IMG/VR virus record: IMGVR_UViG_3300042691_029418
Strand: one strand, 5' to 3'
Length of the DNA stretch: 20,000 nucleotides
Source: an uncultured virus (IMG/VR IMGVR_UViG_3300042691_029418)
Lineage: Duplodnaviria > Heunggongvirae > Uroviricota > Caudoviricetes
Within the stretch, counting starts at the first letter, position 1, and every line of letters starts with the position of its first letter. The notes under the pieces were generated by a model. The model was not told the DNA's origin. It did no database searches and was given only the letters and a program-made list of their open reading frames with translations. The position numbers and the translations under genes are program-made. Shown piece by piece: positions 6,194-14,293 of this stretch.

Positions 6194-6497
6194 TGTCTAG
6201 TTCTGGATATTTTGAAATGATCTTTTGTTTAAGATAGTCATAATACTCTTCATTCCATTGATCAGAGTTTGAGATCCACTTATCCAATGGACAATCACCC
6301 CATTGATCATGAATCTTATTTGTCAAATAGCACTGACAATACTTACATGCCTTGTGCTCTTGATCATAGTATTCACATGATTCACAAATCGACCAACGTT
6401 GTTGTTGACACTCTTCAGATGGTAGAAATCGTTTTCCCTTTGTTTCTTCTAGAAAGAATTCATCAATAAAATGAAAAATAAGTTGTGACTGTTTCAT
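6177..6497 (-). CDS. Cys-rich putative metal-binding protein, paralog of 5337-5600
   Basis: CESCEYY...CKYCQC...CPLDKW. Confidence 0.7.
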   Translation of the reverse strand: MKQSQLIFHFIDEFFLEETKGKRFLPSEECQQQRWSICESCEYYDQEHKACKYCQCYLTNKIHDQWGDCPLDKWISNSDQWNEEYYDYLKQKIISKYPELDIDGND

Positions 6498-6518
6498 GGT
6501 ACATTATAACACAGATGA

Positions 6519-7733
6519 TTATGATTTAGTGCCTCTGATGCGTTGTAAATGTCCTGTTCCGACATCACCAGAAAGAACTCTATACAGACGACCAGCTAAT
6601 GCCGCACCAGCACCTCCACCGGCACCAGCACTACCCCACTGTCCACCAGAGTTACCAGTGGCACCAGGATTACCATTCGAATAGACTCCATTGGGAGCAC
6701 AGTAATTGAAACCTGGTGAATTAGGAGCACCACCACCAGTACCAGCACTATTGAACTCTGCATCATTCAGTGGATAATTGGTGCTCCAGGAGCCACGATT
6801 GTTCCAGCCAGCACCTTGTCCAGGATTACCACCAAGACCAGCAGCACCACCACTGAGATTAGTATATGAGATTGCATAACATCCAAGATCCCAGTTGGTT
6901 GCACAGGCATATCCACTAAAATTATTTGGATTCCAACCATCTCCGGCACGATAACCACCACCACGACAACGAATTCTTGTATCGGTCGGATTCGCAGAGA
7001 TTACATATCCAGATGTATATCCAGGGGGAAGAGTAGCGGCACATTGGGCATTGGCAAGATGACCATAGAAATCTCTATTGTCACCGAAATAAACATTTGT
7101 CGCATAGGTTGTGGTGGCATAACAATTAATTGTGGGGCCAGTATTACCATCTGCACCACGGGAACCGACACCACCACCAGCCCAGATGCGTCCTGTATCA
7201 TTCACCACCACATCAATATTTCGGGATGCACCAGATCGTGTTGTTGTATTGTTCAGGTACAGTGCCGTTCCACCTGCGGTGTTTGAAACATCTCCACCTT
7301 CTCCATAAATCTGACCAGATACGTTCACTCTCAGATTATAGATTTCTGCATTCAATGTTGCGGCCGGAACAGTATTACTGGATGCAACGATGAGTCCATT
7401 GATTGCCAGATTCTTGATGACATTCTTATTCAGATTGCCACCCCAGACGGAACTGGATCCAAGATTTAGATTTGTATCACTACCAGATTGTGTTGCGAAG
7501 ATTTCTTTAACCGTTCCACGAAATGTTTGGGCACTCAGATTATTTTCAGATGATACATCAGAGTTCTCATCGGCATCGGGCACGACTGGACTTGTATCAT
7601 CCTGATTGGTATTTCTTCGATAGGTCGAAAATCTAACATCATTTGAATTGCCACCAAACGTTGTCTGTAGTGCTCTGGCACTGATTGTTCCCGTATTAAA
7701 ATATGTCGTGGCAGTGTACTGGGGTAAACTCAT
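6519..7733 (-). CDS. Gly-rich virion adhesin / tail-fibre tip protein, T-even gp38-like (404 aa)
   Basis: IYGEGG...AGGTAL...GRIWAGGG...GGQWGSAG...GAGAALAG...IRG pattern parallels gp38 polyglycine segments; late promoter upstream. Confidence 0.65.
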   Translation of the reverse strand: MSLPQYTATTYFNTGTISARALQTTFGGNSNDVRFSTYRRNTNQDDTSPVVPDADENSDVSSENNLSAQTFRGTVKEIFATQSGSDTNLNLGSSSVWGGNLNKNVIKNLAINGLIVASSNTVPAATLNAEIYNLRVNVSGQIYGEGGDVSNTAGGTALYLNNTTTRSGASRNIDVVVNDTGRIWAGGGVGSRGADGNTGPTINCYATTTYATNVYFGDNRDFYGHLANAQCAATLPPGYTSGYVISANPTDTRIRCRGGGYRAGDGWNPNNFSGYACATNWDLGCYAISYTNLSGGAAGLGGNPGQGAGWNNRGSWSTNYPLNDAEFNSAGTGGGAPNSPGFNYCAPNGVYSNGNPGATGNSGGQWGSAGAGGGAGAALAGRLYRVLSGDVGTGHLQRIRGTKS

Positions 7734-7758
7734 TACCGATGTATAACCTTATTTTTTG

Positions 7759-7766
7759 TATTTATT
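7759..7766 (-). promoter_or_regulatory. Late promoter AATAAATA
   Basis: 25 nt upstream of ATG 7733. Confidence 0.65.
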
Positions 7767-8262
7767 GTGGTGAATACTTGATTGCGACCGTAAATCGATG
7801 TTGATTCCGAAATGATGTGGCACGGTGCAGAATCATTCCATCAAAGACCACCATTCGATTTGGTTTAGGAATGATACCATAAATGTTCTCATCAATATAA
7901 AACTGAGTCTCTCCACCCTGTTGCACATCCCAGTCCAGATTTGGATAATACAGAAATGTCAGTCCTTCTCCATCAATATGATAATAGGGATTCTCACCTG
8001 GTACAAAACAATTAATGTACATTCGATACAGTTTCATCTGTCGAACCACATCCACCTTATCGGCAATCGTTTTGCGAAACAACTTATACACAAATTCCGT
8101 CTCTGGAATGTTGTGAATCATTCCAGTTACGGGTGTCTCTGGATTGTCCTGTTCACCATAGTGATAGGATGCACTCAGACAATATCGAAGTACAATTTCC
8201 TGTTCATTCTGAGTCAGAAACTGATCAATAAAATTAACTTCCATGTTGACCGTACTCTCCAT
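7762..8262 (-). CDS. 2OG-Fe(II) oxygenase (start may be 8244)
   Basis: YHID, GGETQF, LHRA, RFTVA. Confidence 0.9.
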   Translation of the reverse strand: MESTVNMEVNFIDQFLTQNEQEIVLRYCLSASYHYGEQDNPETPVTGMIHNIPETEFVYKLFRKTIADKVDVVRQMKLYRMYINCFVPGENPYYHIDGEGLTFLYYPNLDWDVQQGGETQFYIDENIYGIIPKPNRMVVFDGMILHRATSFRNQHRFTVAIKYSPQ

Positions 8263-8884
8263 ATTCTAAGACGTGCAGATTGAATGCGACAGTGATTCTT
8301 GGATCATTGGGTGTCGGTTGTGACTTTCTTACAAAATGATCCAGATAACTTGGAAACATAATCAGATCTCCTTCCCTTACACCAGGATGATATTTTGGTC
8401 CATAATGATTGGATTCCATCTCCAGAGAATGATGACGCAATGATTCCAGTGGATCAAGAAATGTCGTCGGTAGATGAATCTCTGAATTAAACTTTAGATA
8501 ATGAATACAAGAAAAATGAGAATCTTTTTGAAAGATATTACCACTCACATGATTGTGTATTTCCTGATATTCACCATCCACATAATAATTATACCAGATG
8601 TCAATGATTTCAAGTTTGCTGGGTTTATCAAAGAATCTGGAAACATATTCAATGTAATACTGAGTTGCCTTGCTATTTTCGGCAAACAAATTACCATTGA
8701 TTGAATTCAGATCAAATGACGTGTGTAACTTATCCGTCTCCCATCCGTCTGGAATCAGTGAACTCCTTTTTTGATATAGACTCTCTATCTTAGGAAGCAA
8801 TTCATCCTGAATGATCGGATTCTCTCTGATGTTGGTCTGAAAGATATGAATCGGAAAAAGTAACTTCTTATATGCTCTGCTCAT
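8234..8884 (-). CDS. Putative 2OG-Fe(II) oxygenase, TIGR02466-like
   Basis: WYN..QEIHNH, GDLIMFPSYLDHFV, RITVAFN. Confidence 0.85.
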   Translation of the reverse strand: MSRAYKKLLFPIHIFQTNIRENPIIQDELLPKIESLYQKRSSLIPDGWETDKLHTSFDLNSINGNLFAENSKATQYYIEYVSRFFDKPSKLEIIDIWYNYYVDGEYQEIHNHVSGNIFQKDSHFSCIHYLKFNSEIHLPTTFLDPLESLRHHSLEMESNHYGPKYHPGVREGDLIMFPSYLDHFVRKSQPTPNDPRITVAFNLHVLEYGEYGQHGS

Positions 8885-9071
8885 GTCTGATGCACTGATT
8901 GTCGTTCCAATGTCTTATGACGCCTGCGATAATGAATAGATTAGTAAGAAGGTAAGTGAGGAATATAACAGTCCGTATATGAGCAATGTGATCTGCTTCT
9001 CTGTCATTTTTGGATGCTTTCTCTCCCAGTGCCTTTGCCCACCATCTCCACAGTGTCTTTCTCTTCTTCAT
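8868..9071 (-). CDS. Small membrane protein
   Basis: WRWWAKALGEK; one hydrophobic segment. Confidence 0.7.
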   Translation of the reverse strand: MKKRKTLWRWWAKALGEKASKNDREADHIAHIRTVIFLTYLLTNLFIIAGVIRHWNDNQCIRHEQSI

Positions 9072-9297
9072 AGATTGATTGCCTTGACTTTATATATTGC
9101 AGTTCGTTCCACTGTTCCTTATAACACAGGACCAACAATCGTTCATTGGCATGAATGTGACATGCCTGATAGTTTTCATGATTCTTTGGACGTACCGATG
9201 TCTCAATGGTCAGGTAATCTTTATCGATAAAATATACCCAACCTTCGACACCTTTGGTCCAAAGAACATAATCATTGACCTGTGGAATATAAGTCAT
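9004..9297 (-). CDS. Hypothetical protein
   Basis: ORF track; ATGA overlap. Confidence 0.75.
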   Translation of the reverse strand: MTYIPQVNDYVLWTKGVEGWVYFIDKDYLTIETSVRPKNHENYQACHIHANERLLVLCYKEQWNELQYIKSRQSIYEEEKDTVEMVGKGTGRESIQK

Positions 9298-9572
9298 ACA
9301 AAGAATGATTCTAATATTGATCTGTTAGGAATCATAGCAGAATATGGAGATGTGTCTCTAATATCTACACACTTACCAATGGTCTTACTATTGACGGGGG
9401 AGAAATACTCTTTTGTTTTGGTGTTGTAGAACCCCCAGATACAACGAACATCCCCACCAAGATTGTAGTCAAACTTGCGGCAATGATGAATCCAGATTGA
9501 AACAACATTGCGTTTGAATGGTTCACTTTCATAACGATAACCTTGAGGTGCCTGATGAGGAAATTCAACCAT
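9294..9572 (-). CDS. Hypothetical protein (MVEFPHQAP...)
   Basis: ORF 9294..9617 trimmed. Confidence 0.75.
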   Translation of the reverse strand: MVEFPHQAPQGYRYESEPFKRNVVSIWIHHCRKFDYNLGGDVRCIWGFYNTKTKEYFSPVNSKTIGKCVDIRDTSPYSAMIPNRSILESFFV

Positions 9573-9732
9573 TGTCAACAACTGCACGGAGATGATTCGG
9601 ATTGTGCCCTGCGGCAATGTAGGAATGAATTTGCTCTATACACTGTTGTCTGGTGAGTTTAACTTGATTCGATTCAATCAGTTCCCAACCAGTTGTGCAG
9701 AACTCTTCGATACGATACAGTGTTTCAGACAT
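9565..9732 (-). CDS. Small protein MSETLYRIEEFCTTGW... (55 aa)
   Basis: Manual translation. Confidence 0.7.
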   Translation of the reverse strand: MSETLYRIEEFCTTGWELIESNQVKLTRQQCIEQIHSYIAAGHNPNHLRAVVDNG

Positions 9733-9737
9733 GATTC

Positions 9738-9968
9738 TCAAGTGGTAAATGAATCAATGATACCAGACTCATATTCATCCGCAAGACGGAACTTCTGAGC
9801 ATTCACAACATTGGGCATGATACGATCCACATAGGTATCATCATAGAAACCTGATTGTGAGAGAAGTTCAAATGCCTCTGTATCACTTCCAGCAATGAGG
9901 TTAATCACACCACCGTACTCAGAAGAAGGAAACGGCACCCAGTAGTCAACAATGTAAAGACTTTTCAT
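9738..9968 (-). CDS. Hypothetical protein (YWVPFPSSEYGG)
   Basis: ORF track; AAGGAG RBS and promoter upstream. Confidence 0.8.
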   Translation of the reverse strand: MKSLYIVDYWVPFPSSEYGGVINLIAGSDTEAFELLSQSGFYDDTYVDRIMPNVVNAQKFRLADEYESGIIDSFTT

Positions 9969-9981
9969 TTCTTTGAATAAA

Positions 9982-10152
9982 TTACTCCTTGATTTTAGAT
10001 GAATGTTTGAGATTTGTCAACTGCCTCTGCAGTTCAACCTGAACAGAGATTAGATGTGAATAGAGAAACCTTTGATACTCATTACTCTCAAGCAAAGAGG
10101 TTAAGTTATCAATTTGCTGTAGTGCCAGAATCAGTTTGGTTTGCTCATTCAT
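9982..10152 (-). CDS. Small helical protein MNEQTKLILAL... (56 aa)
   Basis: Manual translation; ATGA overlap. Confidence 0.65.
   Translation of the reverse strand: MNEQTKLILALQQIDNLTSLLESNEYQRFLYSHLISVQVELQRQLTNLKHSSKIKE
9992..10020 (-). promoter_or_regulatory. Sigma70-type (middle) promoter
   Basis: TTGACA-17-TAAAAT. Confidence 0.75.
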
Positions 10153-10331
10153 ACAAACTCCTGAATATAATAATCGACCGTGATCTCCAGTTCCGCCGCC
10201 TTTTGCTCATAAAAGTGATTGGTGTACTGTTGAGCACTCACCCATGCTTCATGATTGAACTGTTCAACTTCTGCATGTTCGATAAAGTCTTCAAAGGCAT
10301 TCATAAATTGTACGATCTCTTCGTAGTTCAT
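10149..10331 (-). CDS. Small acidic protein (60 aa)
   Basis: ORF track. Confidence 0.7.
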   Translation of the reverse strand: MNYEEIVQFMNAFEDFIEHAEVEQFNHEAWVSAQQYTNHFYEQKAAELEITVDYYIQEFV

Positions 10332-10447
10332 TTGGATTGTTGGTAATAGGCATCGAACAGTTTAGCATCTCTTTGAATCAGAAACGCATTGTATCCGATC
10401 ATGACCGTGATAGTCAGAATGCCGTAGATAAGATACTTCCGTGTCAT
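10328..10447 (-). CDS. Small membrane peptide MTRKYLIYGILTITVMIGY... (39 aa)
   Basis: Manual translation; overlaps both neighbours at start/stop. Confidence 0.6.
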   Translation of the reverse strand: MTRKYLIYGILTITVMIGYNAFLIQRDAKLFDAYYQQSK

Positions 10448-10680
10448 CAGCAGGCACCTGCCATAGGGTTGACATTCACCGCATCGAGGTTAAAGTCAGT
10501 CACTTCATAACCAAGACCAATTCGCTCAGCACACTCACGTTGAAAATCACTCTTGGTGATGCACTTGGTGCTCATCGTATCCACACCCTGAAACTTGAGA
10601 ACTTTGTAGATAAACTGGGTGCTACCTTCGATGGGGTAATAATCCACAACCATCGAACCAGTGGAAGAAGTGAGTTGCAT
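10447..10680 (-). CDS. Hypothetical early protein (77 aa)
   Basis: ORF track; below module 8. Confidence 0.75.
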   Translation of the reverse strand: MQLTSSTGSMVVDYYPIEGSTQFIYKVLKFQGVDTMSTKCITKSDFQRECAERIGLGYEVTDFNLDAVNVNPMAGAC

Positions 10681-10704
10681 TGGGTGTCTCCCGATTACCT
10701 CTGT

Positions 10705-10761
10705 ATTATAGGTCAGAAGGACGGCACCACGTCGTTCCGTAGTCCAGTTTCCGAACTGTCC
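10705..10761 (-). promoter_or_regulatory. Early promoter module 8 (degenerate)
   Basis: TATAAT; 31 nt; GTCCA-N10-TGTCC. Confidence 0.6.
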
Positions 10762-10916
10762 ATCTGCTCAAAGACAGAATAGAGTTTGTTATACAGTGCT
10801 GGCACACTTCCATACTCTTTTGCAATTCGATATTCCTCACGGAGGTCTAACTGCTGCAGTGCAGATATAATCACACCCATTTCATGCACATTCAGATTCA
10901 CGTTTGCTTCGGTCAT
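10713..10916 (-). CDS. Hypothetical protein (MTEANVNL...)
   Basis: ORF 10713..10931 trimmed. Confidence 0.7.
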   Translation of the reverse strand: MTEANVNLNVHEMGVIISALQQLDLREEYRIAKEYGSVPALYNKLYSVFEQMDSSETGLRNDVVPSF

Positions 10917-10921
10917 TTGCT

Positions 10922-11305
10922 TCAGTCCCATGATACGTTTTGTACTAAAAATCCAGGCATCACATAAGTCCAGGCACCCAGATCACCATTTCCACCAACT
11001 TTATATTCCCATTTGTATTCAAATTTGTTGTGACTGTCCCATGTCATGTATCCCTTTTCTTTATCAAATCGTCCTTTGATTGTCAGACCATGTTTATTAG
11101 AGAAAATGTTTCGAGTGCGAAGTGCTCCACCAGTTTCACGGGTTTCGACAATTTTACAGACATCAGGATAGGTTTGAAGTCCTGCCTCCAATATGCAAGG
11201 GGTTTCATATACAAACGGGCGATATACCTTTGGTTTGGGTGGTGCAGTTTGTGCGAATGCTGGTGATGCCAGCATCAAAGATACGATGAGAAGAAGTTTT
11301 TTCAT
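10922..11305 (-). CDS. Exported protein with signal peptide
   Basis: MKKLLLIVSLMLASPAFA|Q. Confidence 0.75.
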   Translation of the reverse strand: MKKLLLIVSLMLASPAFAQTAPPKPKVYRPFVYETPCILEAGLQTYPDVCKIVETRETGGALRTRNIFSNKHGLTIKGRFDKEKGYMTWDSHNKFEYKWEYKVGGNGDLGAWTYVMPGFLVQNVSWD

Positions 11306-11616
11306 CCGATTACTCTCCAACAAACAACAGCATTGCCCTTACTTGTAGAAGCAATATGGGCAAAGGCAGCATAAGACAGATCAAGGTCAGCATGAGAATA
11401 TGGACCACGATCATTCACTCGAACGATTACTTGTTTTCCGTTGTGTTGATTTGTGACTCTAATTTTACTTCCCATAGGAAGGTAAGGATGAGCAGCAGTC
11501 CAACGGTAAGCATTAAATCGTTCACCATTTGCAGTTATATTACCATGAAACCCATCACCAACCCCATAAAAAGTTGCAATTCCACAGGTCAATCCAGCAA
11601 TCAATGTTTCAATCAT
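11302..11616 (-). CDS. rlpA: RlpA-like double-psi beta-barrel (lytic transglycosylase family)
   Basis: TANGERF, TAAH..LPMG, VRVNDRGPY, DLSYAAF. Confidence 0.9.
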   Translation of the reverse strand: MIETLIAGLTCGIATFYGVGDGFHGNITANGERFNAYRWTAAHPYLPMGSKIRVTNQHNGKQVIVRVNDRGPYSHADLDLSYAAFAHIASTSKGNAVVCWRVIG

Positions 11617-11771
11617 TCCTCAGATTCGTCAAGAGCAAATTCCAAATAATTATAACCAATTAGTTTGCGTCCTTGATGAGATGTAATATCAATCTTTACA
11701 TCTTCTTTCTCAAGTTTTTCCAATCGACGACTGGTTGCATTATTCAGTTTTGGTGTCCAATAGTAACTCAT
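11613..11771 (-). CDS. Small protein MSYYWTPKLN... (52 aa)
   Basis: Manual translation; GGAG RBS. Confidence 0.65.
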   Translation of the reverse strand: MSYYWTPKLNNATSRRLEKLEKEDVKIDITSHQGRKLIGYNYLEFALDESEE

Positions 11772-11782
11772 TAAATTTCTCC

Positions 11783-11941
11783 TTAATTTTCAGGGTACAA
11801 TTTCCAACCATCGGGATAGATTCCCATTTCTTCACAACGTACTTCATAGGCAATTCGTTGCAACATACGCAAGTCCATCGATTCTACACTCTTTAGAATA
11901 GAACGACGAATCTGCTTGTCTTGAACGGTGTCGGTGACCAT
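11783..11941 (-). CDS. Small protein MVTDTVQDKQIRR... (52 aa)
   Basis: ORF 11783..12025 trimmed to ATG below module 9. Confidence 0.7.
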   Translation of the reverse strand: MVTDTVQDKQIRRSILKSVESMDLRMLQRIAYEVRCEEMGIYPDGWKLYPEN

Positions 11942-11965
11942 TGTGGTTCCGTTGATTACTTTGTA

Positions 11966-12022
11966 ATTATACTGCAGAACACAGTCGATTGCCAAACGGG
12001 TGTGCCACCTCTTGAACTGGCA
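11966..12022 (-). promoter_or_regulatory. Early promoter module 9
   Basis: TATAAT; 31 nt; TGTGCCA-N10-TGGCACA. Confidence 0.85.
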
Positions 12023-12443
12023 CATTCAATTCATCAAACAAATACTCCACATATAGTGTTTCTTCTTGCTCCCGTGCCTCTATTTCGTGTGGTTGATGCC
12101 AATAGTCCATATCTTCCATGCATTCTTTACCATAATACATTTTTCCACGTTTGGACCGCAGTGAACCGACTACCCACTGCTTCAGATGGGTCAGTTCGTG
12201 TAAAAGGGTTTTTATATACAACTCCTCATCCATGTGAGTGTTGAGTTCAATCAGGAAGTGACGTGGGCGATAGGTTTCACCCACAACGTCACAATACCCA
12301 TAAACACACTCACGATTCAGACCACGATGTACAATATCCACCGTGATCTTGTGCCGTGGAAAGAACCGATTCAGAAACCAAGAGGTAACATCCTCACAGA
12401 CCCGTTTGCGATACCCGTAGCCAGAATGTTGTATGTAAGACAT
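11967..12443 (-). CDS. Zincin-type (SprT-like) metallopeptidase
   Basis: TLLHELTHLKQ (HExxH), PHEIEA; start MSYIQ. Confidence 0.8.
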   Translation of the reverse strand: MSYIQHSGYGYRKRVCEDVTSWFLNRFFPRHKITVDIVHRGLNRECVYGYCDVVGETYRPRHFLIELNTHMDEELYIKTLLHELTHLKQWVVGSLRSKRGKMYYGKECMEDMDYWHQPHEIEAREQEETLYVEYLFDELNVPVQEVAHPFGNRLCSAV

Positions 12444-12505
12444 TGCCCCCAGTGAAGAAACCAAATAAACGATGAAACAAACAGGAGTTTTTCTTTAGCA
12501 GTCAT
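12371..12505 (-). CDS. Possible small membrane peptide MTAKEKLLFVSSFIWFLHWG... (44 aa)
   Basis: Manual translation; overlaps peptidase start by ~70 nt. Confidence 0.4.
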   Translation of the reverse strand: MTAKEKLLFVSSFIWFLHWGQCLTYNILATGIANGSVRMLPLGF

Positions 12506-12507
12506 AA

Positions 12508-12939
12508 TCAACGGGCATACAAGTAACCACCAGACCAGTCAGCATTCTCAAGCAACCATTCACGTTGCTCGATAATACGCAGATCATAACGAACACCTTT
12601 GGCAGGAGCTTTGAACGATGCTGACTTGTAGACTTCACCAGTCTTCTTATCAATGAAGCAGTGAACACTACGGGAACCATTAGCACTCATAATGATCTTG
12701 TGATATTTGCGACCCGTTTCAGGGTAGAACTCATAATCACATTTACCATTCTTGAGGTCTTGAATACAAGCATCATGATACTCAACATCTTCTGTGCGGA
12801 GAGCGTGACTGCGAATACTGTAATCAATGTAGTTCTGACGTAGTGCCTCACAGAGAGCATAGGTATGACCCAGAACTGCTTCTGCAATGTTATTCCGTGC
12901 CTCTTGCTGGGCAGAATACTCGGCAAAGGTGGTAGTCAT
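12508..12939 (-). CDS. Phage early protein (GRKYHKI...SVHCFID...YKSASFKAPAK)
   Basis: ORF 12508..13032 trimmed to MTTTF below module 10. Confidence 0.8.
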   Translation of the reverse strand: MTTTFAEYSAQQEARNNIAEAVLGHTYALCEALRQNYIDYSIRSHALRTEDVEYHDACIQDLKNGKCDYEFYPETGRKYHKIIMSANGSRSVHCFIDKKTGEVYKSASFKAPAKGVRYDLRIIEQREWLLENADWSGGYLYAR

Positions 12940-12960
12940 TGGTTTGTTGCGTATGAACGT

Positions 12961-13017
12961 ATTATAGGGCATCCCAGAGGGGTCTGAGAGGTCAGTATGC
13001 CAGTTCCTGATCTGGCA
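12961..13017 (-). promoter_or_regulatory. Early promoter module 10
   Basis: TATAAT; 31 nt; TGCCA-N10-TGGCA. Confidence 0.85.
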
Positions 13018-13117
13018 CCCACGTGCTGTCATCTTCTAGGTATCCCATCCAATCTTGAGGGTCGGTTTCATAAATTGCAATCTCCCGCAGTTCTTCAATC
13101 AGTTCAGACAGATCCAT
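12992..13117 (-). CDS. Small acidic protein MDLSELIEELREI... (41 aa)
   Basis: Manual translation; below module 11. Confidence 0.65.
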   Translation of the reverse strand: MDLSELIEELREIAIYETDPQDWMGYLEDDSTWVPDQELAY

Positions 13118-13140
13118 GAAAGTCCCTCAATCACTTCAAT

Positions 13141-13199
13141 ATAATAGCAAAAACCCCCCTGCTTTCGCAAGGGGTGGTGTGCCAGTTAATTAAGTGTCA
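13141..13199 (-). promoter_or_regulatory. Early promoter module 11
   Basis: TATTAT; CCCC/GGGG hairpin; TGCCA-N10-TGTCA. Confidence 0.75.
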
Positions 13200-13583
13200 T
13201 TTGTTCATTTGAAGTGTAGGTACAGGCATACCACCTTCGGTAGGAACATAGATGGTTACATTACCATTCTTGCTACCATCTTCCAGACCAGTGATATACA
13301 GGTACTGAAGATACTCACGGTTATCTTTCAAAGAATTGCCGATGATTTGGTTTGCCTTTGCAACACCCTGAGCACGAATGACTTCAGCATCAGCAAGTTG
13401 TTGTGCCGAATCTTTCTTTGCTTGTGCTTCAAGAACTGCCACCTGACGAGTATATTCTGCTTTTTGAAGTTCTGCTTTACCTTGCAAAGATTGTGCCCAC
13501 ACATTATAAAGAGGACCAACAATCGCATTGATTACAAACAGAGAGAGAAGAAAAGAAACACCAATAATCGTGGCGTTACGCAT
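13197..13583 (-). CDS. Membrane-anchored coiled-coil protein, SPFH/stomatin-associated type
   Basis: TM segment, PLYNVW, AEVIRAQGVAKANQII, IYVPTE. Confidence 0.7.
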   Translation of the reverse strand: MRNATIIGVSFLLSLFVINAIVGPLYNVWAQSLQGKAELQKAEYTRQVAVLEAQAKKDSAQQLADAEVIRAQGVAKANQIIGNSLKDNREYLQYLYITGLEDGSKNGNVTIYVPTEGGMPVPTLQMNK

Positions 13584-13597
13584 AGTGTTGTCTTCTT

Positions 13598-13786
13598 TCA
13601 TTTAGAACCTCCAGAGTTTTTAAAAATCATATTTGCCAGAATAATAATAGCAAGGTTCTGCCAGAAGGTCAAAGATACACTAAACCAAGACAGAATAACC
13701 CCAAGCAACCATGCTTCAAAGAAAATTCCAGCAGTGGCAATAACAATAAAAGCAAAAGCAGCAGCAACAGTAGCAGAAGTTTTCAT
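13598..13786 (-). CDS. Small hydrophobic membrane protein
   Basis: ORF track; two hydrophobic segments. Confidence 0.75.
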   Translation of the reverse strand: MKTSATVAAAFAFIVIATAGIFFEAWLLGVILSWFSVSLTFWQNLAIIILANMIFKNSGGSK

Positions 13787-13789
13787 AGT

Positions 13790-14206
13790 TCAAACAGCAA
13801 GGGCAGCAGAGGGAATTTCAACAATTTCAGGGAGTTTACTCTCCACATAGCAGTTCATATTGTAGCACACCCATTCGCCGTTGCGGAAGACATAATGATA
13901 CTCTTCTGCACCATCAGGCAACAGATACTCACAGAGGTCAGCATCAAGACGGGGAGGACACTCTTCGCCACGTTGAGAGTAATATTGAGGACCATATTCT
14001 TGTGCTTTGGTCTCACTATTCCAACGATCCTCAGTCCAGCAAGAACTCATATCACCACCGTCAATCAGGGCAGATGCCTTCTCATAAGAGTTATAGTGAG
14101 TTTTCAAAATACGACCCAACCACTCAGGATACGAATCCCAATGATGGTAGCAACTCAAAATGCTTCCATTTTTAAGTTCGATGCCGATTCTGCCTCTGGT
14201 CGCCAT
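13790..14206 (-). CDS. Phage early protein (MATRGRIG...YHHWDSYPEWLG)
   Basis: ORF 13790..14233 trimmed to ATG below module 12. Confidence 0.8.
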   Translation of the reverse strand: MATRGRIGIELKNGSILSCYHHWDSYPEWLGRILKTHYNSYEKASALIDGGDMSSCWTEDRWNSETKAQEYGPQYYSQRGEECPPRLDADLCEYLLPDGAEEYHYVFRNGEWVCYNMNCYVESKLPEIVEIPSAALAV

Positions 14207-14235
14207 TTGGAGATGTCTCTGTTGATTACCCACAT

Positions 14236-14293
14236 ATTATAAAAGATTCTCAGTGACCTGAGAACCCCATGTGTGCCACTTTAGAAACTGGTC
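14236..14293 (-). promoter_or_regulatory. Early promoter module 12
   Basis: TATAAT; TTCTCAG/CTGAGAA hairpin; TGCCA-N10-TGGTC. Confidence 0.75.

Noticed and set aside
6519..7733. Collagen-like protein
   Set aside because: Gly-X-Y runs are only about 4 triplets; pattern fits gp38-type polyglycine segments better
9550..9578. TTGACA at 9573-9578 as a promoter
   Set aside because: No -10-like hexamer at 17 nt
12940..13032. N-terminal extensions in the ORF track (also at 863, 2594, 3637, 12025, 14233, 14554)
   Set aside because: These starts lie within or upstream of the promoter elements; downstream ATGs were used
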